A stretch of 32,000 nucleotides of DNA from Candidatus Methylomirabilis limnetica (lineage in GTDB: Bacteria; Methylomirabilota; Methylomirabilia; Methylomirabilales; Methylomirabilaceae), in the NCBI RefSeq assembly GCF_003044035.1, contig NZ_NVQC01000011.1, positions 1 through 32,000 of the forward strand, read 5' to 3'. Below the pieces are notes generated by a model, which was given only the letters and a program-made list of their open reading frames with translations, ran no database searches and had not been told where the DNA came from. Positions 16,970 to 24,240 of this stretch are shown piece after piece. Position 1 is the stretch's first letter, and the number at the start of each line of letters is the position of its first letter. Position numbers and translations under genes: made by a program.

Positions 16970-17532
16970 TCCGGTTATTTTCATCAGAAACACGGGTGAG
17001 TCTTCTCACATTTCTTTTCACTAGGTTGGATAAGCGCTTTTATGTCAGAGAGCTGGCGCGACACCTTGGACGGGATATCTCCGGGGTCAAGCGGGAGCTG
17101 GACAATCTAGAGAGGGCTGGTTTGTTGGCTAGCGAAAAGGTCGGGAATCTTCGGTACTACCGGGTAAATAAGGCGTCGCCCATTTACACCGATATCAAGG
17201 GGATCGTCGCCAAGACCACCGGCATTCATGCGAGCCTCCGAGAAGGACTCCGAAAAATTAAAGGGATCCAGACGGCTATGGTTTATGGGGTAGAGCAGCA
17301 CGAGGCCGAAGAGGGCCTTGGCCCCATTCGGCTGATGGTTATTGGACGGGTTGATTTGAACGATCTTAACGATACCATCAGGGGGCTGGAGAGCCGGTTA
17401 AATCGCGAGATTAACTACCTGGTGTTCGATGAGGCAGAATATCAGCGGAGAAAGACGGAGGATGACCCGTTCCTCGTTGAAGTCCTCAAGGGCCGAAGGG
17501 TGATCCTGATCGGAACGGACGATGGCTTATGA
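16963..17532 (+). CDS. Winged-helix (ArsR-like) DNA-binding domain fused to a degenerate minimal nucleotidyltransferase-like domain
   Basis: The N-terminal wHTH reads TRVSLLTFLF...FYVRELARHLGRDISGVKRELDNLERAGLLASEKVGNLRYYRVNK. The C-terminal half aligns with MNT proteins, but has VYGV...GPIRLMVIG where GS...DxD is expected. TTG start sits 5 nt after GAGGTG. Confidence 0.6.
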   Translation: MLIRLFSSETRVSLLTFLFTRLDKRFYVRELARHLGRDISGVKRELDNLERAGLLASEKVGNLRYYRVNKASPIYTDIKGIVAKTTGIHASLREGLRKIKGIQTAMVYGVEQHEAEEGLGPIRLMVIGRVDLNDLNDTIRGLESRLNREINYLVFDEAEYQRRKTEDDPFLVEVLKGRRVILIGTDDGL

Positions 17533-17971
17533 GGAGCTTCGGGAGCGCGGCTTGGTTGAGGAGATCAGACCTGACTTCCGGCAGGTCTTGACATTGCTGA
17601 CAAGGGCTATGAAAGATCTGTCGACGGCCAAGGCCAACGTGAGCATCGACAAGGAATGGGCATATACCATCGCCTACCAGGGAATGCTGGGGGCCGCTAA
17701 GGCGTTGGTGGCCGCTGAAGGGTGGCGACCAAGGGGTCGTGACCAGGCCAGAACGGTTATCGTGTTAGTGGGGGAGCTGCTGGGTGAAGAGGGGCGACCT
17801 CTGGTCAATGTTTTCGACCGGATGCGTCGCAAACGGCAGGACTTTATGGAGGAACCCCAGACCCCGATCCCACGGTATGAGGTCGAGGGGGCGCTGAAAG
17901 ATGCACAGTCCCTCATTGAAAGGCTTGTGGATCTCGCCCGTGAGAAAAATCCGCAGTTAGCGTTCCTGTAG
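17522..17971 (+). CDS. HEPN-like four-helix protein without histidine
   Basis: 149-aa ORF overlapping the upstream gene by 11 nt. The HEPN-like pattern is AMKDLSTAKANV..EWAYTIAYQGMLGAAKALVAAEG...FDRMRRKRQDF. There is no His anywhere in the protein, so no Rx4-6H motif is possible. Confidence 0.5.
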   Translation: MAYEELRERGLVEEIRPDFRQVLTLLTRAMKDLSTAKANVSIDKEWAYTIAYQGMLGAAKALVAAEGWRPRGRDQARTVIVLVGELLGEEGRPLVNVFDRMRRKRQDFMEEPQTPIPRYEVEGALKDAQSLIERLVDLAREKNPQLAFL

Positions 17972-18018
17972 CGAAGCTGGGAATGGACCGATTGCGCTGA
18001 AGGGAGGTGAGAGACTGA

Positions 18019-18117
18019 ATGGCGGCGAAAAAGCCTGCACCAAAAGCAGCAGTAAAGAAAGCAGCACCGAAGAAAGCAGCACCAAAGACGGCAAAAAAGT
18101 CGGGGAGGGGTTGCTAG
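18019..18117 (+). CDS. Polycationic Ala/Lys/Pro-rich micropeptide 1 (32 aa); not in the ORF track
   Basis: Translates as MAAKKPAPKAAVKKAAPKKAAPKTAKKSGRGC. The ATG lies 8 nt after GGGAGGTGA (18002-18010) and 47 nt after the HEPN-like stop. Confidence 0.5.
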   Translation: MAAKKPAPKAAVKKAAPKKAAPKTAKKSGRGC

Positions 18118-18169
18118 CCCCGTTTGGCGGTGTGTGAGTCCCTAACCATGGAAGGGGGTGAGAAACTCA

Positions 18170-18241
18170 ATGGCAGCGAAGAAGAAGGCAGCACCAAAGG
18201 CAGCAAAGGCAGCACCAAAGAAGGCAGCTAAGAAGAAATAG
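18170..18241 (+). CDS. Polycationic Ala/Lys/Pro-rich micropeptide 2 (23 aa), paralogue of peptide 1; not in the ORF track
   Basis: Translates as MAAKKKAAPKAAKAAPKKAAKKK. The ATG lies 8 nt after GGGGGTGA (18154-18161). The leader GAAGGGRGGTGAGARACTNAATGGCRGCGAARAAG is conserved with peptide 1. Confidence 0.5.
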   Translation: MAAKKKAAPKAAKAAPKKAAKKK

Positions 18242-18344
18242 TAACGCTGCAAGGCCTTGGTGGCCAAAATCGATCCCGCAGAGCCGAAAAAGAAACGATT
18301 CGTTACTGGGCGGGCCGGGGAACGATCACCAGGGAAGAGTTGAT

Positions 18345-18415
18345 CGATTGCTGTAAAGGTCAGCAATCGTCGCCCACTGCTGGGGGGCTAATCCCCCCCC
18401 CAGCCGGCATTATTC
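18345..18415 (+). terminator. Two consecutive perfect hairpins; the second resembles an intrinsic terminator
   Basis: Hairpin 1 is CGATTGCTG-TAAAGGT-CAGCAATCG (18345-18369). Hairpin 2 is GCTGGGGGG-loop-CCCCCCAGC (18379-18404), followed by CGGCATTATTCTT. Confidence 0.4.
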
Positions 18416-18842
18416 TTACATCTTATCTTAATTTTTAGCTATCAGAGGTGAATGATCGAAACGAAAGCGTGTGAAGTTGCGACGGGGGAGTTAGAAATTG
18501 TGCATCAGGATACGTGAGAAAGGAATGGTTGATCCGTAAAGGATGCCGACGGTGCTTGCTGTTTTCTCTTACCCTTGTTGGTGACTCCCGCTATAGCATC
18601 TTTTATGTGAGGGGCTTCTTTAATTTCATCCGTCTATCTATGTAGCGGGTTCTCTCCTCGCTGGGGAGGCCAAGAATCTCCCTTCTGCGTGACAGGCCTT
18701 CTCAGTGCTCCCCTCCCCATTACGAATATCCTACGTTGGTGAATTCCTCTTTCTGACCGGAGATGTGCTATGGTTATTACATAGCCGTCTACACCGATTG
18801 CGTCACAAGTAGTACTGCTTGTCGCTTTAGGCATCCACTCAG

Positions 18843-19028
18843 GTAAATACCCAGGTGTTTAGGCTGTAGGCTGAAGGCTGTTAGTCGTTACGTATGGACC
18901 GAATCAAGGCGCCCAGAACCTTTTCGGCCTCCATCATGCATGTTCACGTCGCATTCAGAAAACGCCTGGCTCATCTGTGCGCGTTCCTATAGTCTAAAAG
19001 CCTACAGTCTATCTACCTGAGTAGTTAC
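18843..19028 (-). mobile_element. MITE copy 4 (186 bp)
   Basis: Ends are GTAAATACCCAGGTGTTTAGGCTGTAGGCTGAAGGCTGTTAG and AGCCTACAGTCTATCTACCTGAGTAGTTAC. A perfect 8-bp duplication CCACTCAG flanks it at 18835-18842 and 19029-19036. It is the reverse complement of the copy 3 backbone. Confidence 0.85.
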
Positions 19029-19168
19029 CCACTCAGAGTCTGATAAACGGTCTTACTGGTGCGATGGCGAGGTTCATCTTCTTGCTTGTCGGAATTATCT
19101 CCAAGCGAAGACAAGACCGTTTCACAGTTCTTTACATCATCTCCACTTTATGGTATAGGAAGGCAGGA

Positions 19169-19780
19169 ATGCGAGTAATCAGGCATGTATGGTTAGCGGG
19201 GATAGTTGCGGTAGCGATGGCCGCAACTTGTGCGTTTGGGCTGGGCAGCGGTGCGTCCCTGGCATTTGGGGAGGGACAACCCGGTTCGACGGCAGACGTC
19301 AAGATCACCAGGTTCCATTTAGTGGAAACGAAGGCCGGCAAGACGCTCTGGGAGGTTTGGGGCGACCGCGGTGAGGTCTTTCAGAAGCAAGACGTTGCGA
19401 AGGTGATGAAGATCTCCAATCCGGTAACTATCGTGATCTATTCTGAGGAAGGCAAACTAACGGTCCGAGCGGATAGCGCCACGCTGAACACCCGGACGAA
19501 AGATATCCATATGGAGCATAACGTTACGGCGATCTCGGAGCAGGGCAATAGCCTGCAAACCCAGTCCTTGGACTGGTTGGCCAAGGCTCGTCGGTTGTCC
19601 ACTCGGTCGCCTGTTACGTTGATAAGGGGCGGGCTGACGAGTAGTGGAGTGGGACTGGAGGCAGATGCCGATCTTGAACGTGCGAGATTCTTGAGTCGTG
19701 TGAGGTCGCATATGATTCCCGGGGGTGCCGAGCTGGCGACTAAGGCCCCTTCTAGCTCGCGAAGCGGAGGAACTCGATGA
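19169..19780 (+). CDS. lptC: LPS export protein LptC
   Basis: It has an N-terminal TM anchor and an LptC-like beta-jellyroll pattern, and sits immediately upstream of lptA with an ATGA overlap. I prefer ATG 19169, which has AGGAAGG upstream, over the track start at 19064. Confidence 0.7.
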   Translation: MRVIRHVWLAGIVAVAMAATCAFGLGSGASLAFGEGQPGSTADVKITRFHLVETKAGKTLWEVWGDRGEVFQKQDVAKVMKISNPVTIVIYSEEGKLTVRADSATLNTRTKDIHMEHNVTAISEQGNSLQTQSLDWLAKARRLSTRSPVTLIRGGLTSSGVGLEADADLERARFLSRVRSHMIPGGAELATKAPSSSRSGGTR

Positions 19781-20340
19781 ATCGCCGCAGTTGGGTTGCC
19801 ACAGTCATTGTGATAGTGAATCTCGTCTTGCCGGTTGGTTCCGGGCGTGCCCAGGAACGGCAGAAAGGAAAGAGCCCAATTACGATTACCTCTGACCGCT
19901 TGGAGGTGAATCGGAAGCTCCATTCTGCGATCTACACAGGGAACGTGATGGCTGATGACAAGGATAAGGATCTGGTCGTCCTCTCTGACAAGATGGAGTT
20001 CCTCTTCGATGAGAAGATGGAACGAATCGAAAAGGGGGTAGCTACCGGCAATGTCAGGATCACCAACGGGGCGAAAAAGGCTACTGGCGACCAGCTCGAG
20101 TTATTTCGCGATGAAGACATGGCAGTCCTTACGGGAGATCCCAGGGTCTGGCAAGATAACGACCTGATCACCGGAACGAAGATTACCATTTTCTTGAAGG
20201 AGGATAGGGCAATCGCTGAAGGTGGTCCCTCAAAACGCGTGACGGCGATTCTCTACCCCAAGTCTGAGGGGGCGGAGCAGCCGAAGTCGGCGGAGCCTGC
20301 CAAGGCTGACAAACCGACAGCGCCGAAGGGGGGTTCCTGA
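19777..20340 (+). CDS. lptA: LPS transport periplasmic protein LptA (OstA-like)
   Basis: Signal peptide, then ITITSDRLEVNRK...AIYTGNVM...ATGNVRI...ATGDQLEL...LTGDPRVWQDNDLITG.KI. Confidence 0.8.
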   Translation: MNRRSWVATVIVIVNLVLPVGSGRAQERQKGKSPITITSDRLEVNRKLHSAIYTGNVMADDKDKDLVVLSDKMEFLFDEKMERIEKGVATGNVRITNGAKKATGDQLELFRDEDMAVLTGDPRVWQDNDLITGTKITIFLKEDRAIAEGGPSKRVTAILYPKSEGAEQPKSAEPAKADKPTAPKGGS

Positions 20341-20346
20341 GTCGGG

Positions 20347-21072
20347 ATGGAGCGGACCCTTCGGGCAGACAACCTCGTCAAGGCGTTCAAGGGTCGAACG
20401 GTCGTGGATGGTATCAGTATCGGTCTCGAAGCCGGGGAGGTTGTGGGCCTGCTTGGGCCCAATGGCGCCGGGAAGACGACGACCTTCTACATGGTCCTTG
20501 GATTGCTGAAGCCGGATCGTGGCCGGGTCATGTTGAATGGGGAAGATGTCACTGATCTTCCCGTGTACAAACGGGCCCGCAAGGGCTTAGGGTTTCTCCC
20601 GCAGGAGCCCTCGATCTTTCGCAAACTGACAGTGGAACAGAACGTGATGGCTATCCTCGAGATCCTGGACCTGTCAGAAGAAGAGCGACGGCAACGGCTC
20701 GACAGCCTCCTTCAGGAGTTGGATCTCACCCACCTTGCCAAAAGTAAGGCCTACACGCTATCAGGCGGCGAACGTCGTCGAGCGGAGATCACCCGATCCC
20801 TGGTAACTTCCCCAGATTTCATACTGCTGGATGAGCCGTTTGCGGGAATTGACCCTATTGCGATAGCCGATATCCAGGCCATCATTGCCAGGCTCAAAGT
20901 GAAGGGAGTTGGGGTCTTGATCACCGATCACAATGTGCGTGAGACATTGAAGATCGTAGATCGCGCGTATCTGATCCACGAAGGCAAGGTATTGGTCTCC
21001 GGCACCGCCAACGAGCTAGCATCCGACGAGCGGGCCAGGGAGATCTACCTGGGCGAACGGTTTAGTCTGTAA
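20347..21072 (+). CDS. lptB: LPS export ABC transporter ATPase LptB
   Basis: Walker [12 protein letters not shown], signature LSGGERRR, Walker [13 protein letters not shown], and the C-terminal YLGERF typical of LptB. Confidence 0.9.
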   Translation: MERTLRADNLVKAFKGRTVVDGISIGLEAGEVVGLLGPNGAGKTTTFYMVLGLLKPDRGRVMLNGEDVTDLPVYKRARKGLGFLPQEPSIFRKLTVEQNVMAILEILDLSEEERRQRLDSLLQELDLTHLAKSKAYTLSGGERRRAEITRSLVTSPDFILLDEPFAGIDPIAIADIQAIIARLKVKGVGVLITDHNVRETLKIVDRAYLIHEGKVLVSGTANELASDERAREIYLGERFSL

Positions 21073-21083
21073 GGGTGAACGCT

Positions 21084-22508
21084 ATGGCGTTTGAAGCGAA
21101 GCTCAGTCTGCGACAGATGCAGAAGATGGTCATGACGCCGATGCTCCAGCAGGCGATCAACCTCTTGCAGCTATCGCGGATGGAGATGCTTCAGGCTGTA
21201 CGGCAGGAGGTGGAGGCGAATCCGGTCCTGGAAGAGATGATAGAGGAAACGGAGGAACTGGACGATCTATCAGCGTTGAAGTCCGTTGCTGAGGAGCCGA
21301 CGGCCGAGCGCAATGGGGAAGGGCAGACCGAAGAAATCGATTGGGAGAGTTATCTTCAGGACGGCGCAGACTATCGTCCATCTATCCAATACGAGTCGGT
21401 GGATCGCTTCGAGCGCGAGAGCTTACTTACCAAGCCGGGTACCCTCCAAGACCATCTGCTCTTTCAGCTTCACCTGACCGTCATTGATCAGGATCTTGTC
21501 AGGCTGGGCGGCCTCATCATCGGAGAGTTAGACGACAACGGATACCTTCGCAGCAGCATCGATGGGCTGGCGTCGCTGGCCGGCGTTTCCTTGGAGGCGA
21601 TGGAATCGGCCCTTCGAGTTATCCAGGGTTTCGATCCTGCCGGGGTGGGCGCGCGCGATCTTCAGGAATGCCTGCTCGTGCAGCTTCGGATGCGACCGGA
21701 GGAGCATGCGGTAGCAGAGGCCATTGTCAGCGGCCACCTCCATGACGTGGAGCGCCACCGATTCGGGAAAATTACGGCTGCGCTTGGGGTCTCGCTCCGA
21801 GAGGTGCAAGGGGCGGTAGCGCTTATTGCCTCCTTGGAACCCAAACCAGGAAAGAACTACAGCAGTGAGGAGCCTCAATACATTACGGCCGATGTGTATA
21901 TTCTCAAGCTTGATGGACAATTGGTGGTAACGCTGAATGAAGACGGTCTCCCACGCCTTCGAGTCAGTCGATATTACCGGGAGATCATGTCCAAGCAAGC
22001 GCCCACTTCACGCGAGGCTCGGGGTTACGTCGAAGAGAAGATGCGCTCCGCCCTGTGGTTTATCCGGAGCATTGAACAGCGGAAACGGACGCTTGTAAAA
22101 GTAGCCGAAAGTCTGGTGAAATATCAGAGGGATTTCTTCGAGCACGGGATCTCCCGCCTCAAGCCCCTGACGCTTCGCGAAGTGGCCGATGACATCTCGA
22201 TGCATGAGTCCACCGTCAGTCGAGTGACTACGAGTAAGTATGTCCAGACCCCGCAGGGACTGTTCGGGCTGAAATACTTTTTCCACTGTGGTGTTCCATC
22301 AACCGTTGGTGAAGCCGTCTCTTCTCGTAAGGTAAAAGACATGGTTCACCGATACTTGACGAAAGAAGACTCGCGCAAGCCGCTGAGCGATCAGAAGATC
22401 GTGGAGATGCTGGCGAGAGTGCACGGGGTCGAGATCGCCCGTCGAACCGTGGCCAAGTATCGTGGTCAGCTCAAGATCCCCTCATCCAATCAACGTCGCT
22501 ACGTGTAA
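21084..22508 (+). CDS. rpoN: RNA polymerase sigma-54 factor
   Basis: The N-terminus reads L.LRQMQKMVMTPMLQQAINLLQLS. The C-terminal RpoN box is ARRTVAKYR, with the HTH ISMHESTVSRV. ATG 21084 is preferred over the GTG at 21075. Confidence 0.9.
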   Translation: MAFEAKLSLRQMQKMVMTPMLQQAINLLQLSRMEMLQAVRQEVEANPVLEEMIEETEELDDLSALKSVAEEPTAERNGEGQTEEIDWESYLQDGADYRPSIQYESVDRFERESLLTKPGTLQDHLLFQLHLTVIDQDLVRLGGLIIGELDDNGYLRSSIDGLASLAGVSLEAMESALRVIQGFDPAGVGARDLQECLLVQLRMRPEEHAVAEAIVSGHLHDVERHRFGKITAALGVSLREVQGAVALIASLEPKPGKNYSSEEPQYITADVYILKLDGQLVVTLNEDGLPRLRVSRYYREIMSKQAPTSREARGYVEEKMRSALWFIRSIEQRKRTLVKVAESLVKYQRDFFEHGISRLKPLTLREVADDISMHESTVSRVTTSKYVQTPQGLFGLKYFFHCGVPSTVGEAVSSRKVKDMVHRYLTKEDSRKPLSDQKIVEMLARVHGVEIARRTVAKYRGQLKIPSSNQRRYV

Positions 22509-22550
22509 TTCGGTACAGAGGCATCTCATTCTTTGTCGAGGAGTCAACTG

Positions 22551-23093
22551 ATGCAGATTACCATTACTACTCGCAATCTCGAGAACACCGAAGCACTCAA
22601 ACGTTACGCAGAGGAGAAGATCGCTCGCCTGCAGAAGTTCGTGGATCAGATTACCTCAGTCCATATCGTCCTCTCAGTCGAGAAGCATCGACAGATCGCG
22701 GAGGTTACGCTCCACGTACGAGACCATACTATCCGTGGAGAAGAATCGAGCGCTGATCTGTATTCCGCCATCGACCTTGTGGCTGACAAGGTTGAACGCC
22801 AGATCCTTCGCTACAAGGAGAAGGTTGTGGATCACTCCGGTCGAGGCATAAGCCGGTTGCGGTCCAGGGAAGAGCTGGCGGCTACGGAGGCTGAGTCCTT
22901 TATGGAGGATGGTCCCAGCATCGTTAAGACCAAAAGCTTCGCCATCAAACCGCTCTCTCCTGATGAGGCCGCCGTCCATATGGACCTGTTAAGCCACAAT
23001 TTCTTTGTGTTCCGAAATGCCCAGACGCAGGAGGTCAACGTCCTCTATCGAAGGCGTGATGGGGATTACGGCTTGATCGAACCCACGAATTAA
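22551..23093 (+). CDS. hpf: Ribosome hibernation promoting factor (long form)
   Basis: It starts MQITITTRNLE...LKRYAEEKI.RL.KF and carries the C-terminal dimerisation domain KPLSPDEAAVHMDLLSHNFFVFRN...VNVLYRRRDGDYGLIEP. The ATG sits 7 nt after GAGGAG. Confidence 0.85.
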   Translation: MQITITTRNLENTEALKRYAEEKIARLQKFVDQITSVHIVLSVEKHRQIAEVTLHVRDHTIRGEESSADLYSAIDLVADKVERQILRYKEKVVDHSGRGISRLRSREELAATEAESFMEDGPSIVKTKSFAIKPLSPDEAAVHMDLLSHNFFVFRNAQTQEVNVLYRRRDGDYGLIEPTN

Positions 23094-23139
23094 GCGCCCG
23101 TAGATGCTATCGTCAGGCGTGAGGGGTTAGGCGTGAGGA
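23091..23139 (+). repeat. 49-bp direct repeat, unit 1 (begins with the hpf stop codon)
   Basis: Sequence is TAAGCGCCCGTAGATGCTATCGTCAGGCGTGAGGGGTTAGGCGTGAGGA. It matches 23194-23242 at 48 of 49 positions. Confidence 0.9.
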
Positions 23140-23193
23140 GAAGTTCGTTTCACGCCTTACGATTCACGTTTCACGAATATGTTCGCTGATAGC

Positions 23194-23242
23194 TAAGCGC
23201 CCGTAGATGCTATCGTCAGGCGTGAGAGGTTAGGCGTGAGGA
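23194..23242 (+). repeat. 49-bp direct repeat, unit 2
   Basis: Second copy, 103 bp downstream of unit 1, with a single G/A difference. Confidence 0.9.
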
Positions 23243-23276
23243 TTCGTCGTATAGCGAATATGAAGGGCGCAATGCG

Positions 23277-24143
23277 GTGAAGCCGACTGAGCTTGTGATT
23301 ATCACCGGTATGTCCGGGGCCGGTAAGAGTCAGGCGAACAAGTGCTTGGAAGATATCGGCTTTTTTTGTATCGATAACCTGCCGACACCCTTAATCCCCA
23401 CCTTCGTTCGGCTCTGCACGCAATCAGACCATGCCATTGAACGGGTTGCCCTTGTTATCGACGTTCGGGGGGGCGAGTTCGTTGATCCGCTGTTCGACAT
23501 CCTGGGGATACTTCGGGCTGAAGGGCATGCCGTCAAGATCGTATTCCTGGACGCAAGTAATGAGGTGCTTGTGCGGCGCTTTAGCGAGAGCCGACGCCCG
23601 CACCCTCTCGCGGCTGGAAAGTCGGCTCTGGCCGGGATCGTGGCGGAGCGACAGATACTGACTCGCCTTCTGGACGAGGCGGATCTCATTATCGAGACGA
23701 GTACCCTGACTATTCATGACCTGAAACGGTTCCTCTCTCAGGCATTCGTGGTGGAGCGGCCCACAGCCAAGATCAGCCTCTCCCTGGTCTCTTTTGGCTA
23801 TAAACATGGACTGCCGTTTGACGCCGATCTGGTCTTTGATACTCGATTCCTACCCAGCCCTCATTTTATCGATGACCTGCGGCCGCTGACCGGCCTTGAT
23901 TCACAGATCGGCGAGTTTATCATGCGAGCTTCAGCGGCCAAGCCTTACCTTGAGCGTCTGATGGATTTGCTTGACTTTGTGACCCCTCTCTGCGAGGAGG
24001 AAGGTCGCGCCTATCTGACTATCGCACTTGGCTGTACCGGTGGCCACCACCGTTCGGTCTTTTTAGCGGAACAGCTTGCCGGCCATTTGCGAGAGTGCGG
24101 CTATCTGGTCAACGTCAGACACCGTGACATCGAAAGGGCCTGA
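23277..24143 (+). CDS. rapZ: RNase adapter / nucleotide-binding protein RapZ (YhbJ family)
   Basis: Walker A reads ITGMSGAGKS, and the C-terminal CTGGHHRSV motif is present. The start is GTG. Confidence 0.85.
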   Translation: MKPTELVIITGMSGAGKSQANKCLEDIGFFCIDNLPTPLIPTFVRLCTQSDHAIERVALVIDVRGGEFVDPLFDILGILRAEGHAVKIVFLDASNEVLVRRFSESRRPHPLAAGKSALAGIVAERQILTRLLDEADLIIETSTLTIHDLKRFLSQAFVVERPTAKISLSLVSFGYKHGLPFDADLVFDTRFLPSPHFIDDLRPLTGLDSQIGEFIMRASAAKPYLERLMDLLDFVTPLCEEEGRAYLTIALGCTGGHHRSVFLAEQLAGHLRECGYLVNVRHRDIERA

Positions 24144-24240
24144 GCATGCACTCATCCTGTGCCGGGATACGGGTAAGCGTGTAGGCGACGCAGGATGCCT
24201 CGACTCGGATCTCAAGGGGCGAAATCGGGCCGATCGGTGC

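Noticed and set aside
18142-18366. 74-aa minus-strand ORF with a Phe/Ala-rich hydrophobic tail.
   Set aside because: It has a TTG start without an SD. Its hydrophobic run is the exact complement of the AAG/GCA-rich peptide 2. Only the plus-strand frame is duplicated with a conserved SD and spacing.
18019-18415. Lysine-rich leader peptides plus downstream hairpins acting as a transcription attenuator.
   Set aside because: No amino-acid biosynthesis gene follows; about 440 bp of non-coding DNA, a MITE and lptC come next. The two hairpins do not offer obvious alternative pairings. There are also two duplicated peptides rather than one. I kept it only as an alternative to test.
18634-18834. 66-aa minus-strand ORF abutting MITE copy 4.
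   Set aside because: It has no SD, its start codon is flush with the MITE target duplication, and it has no recognisable motif. It is possibly a remnant, and I treat it as non-coding.
23091-23242. CRISPR-like array.
   Set aside because: There are only two 49-bp units, the spacer is partly complementary to the repeat, and no cas genes are nearby. It fits a local duplication better.
24076-24240. A 55-codon N-terminal extension of the lipoate ligase ORF.
   Set aside because: It overlaps the rapZ 3' end in another frame. The homologous ligase domain begins just after the ATG at 24241 (RLLRMGGSGGPTNMGIDEAL).
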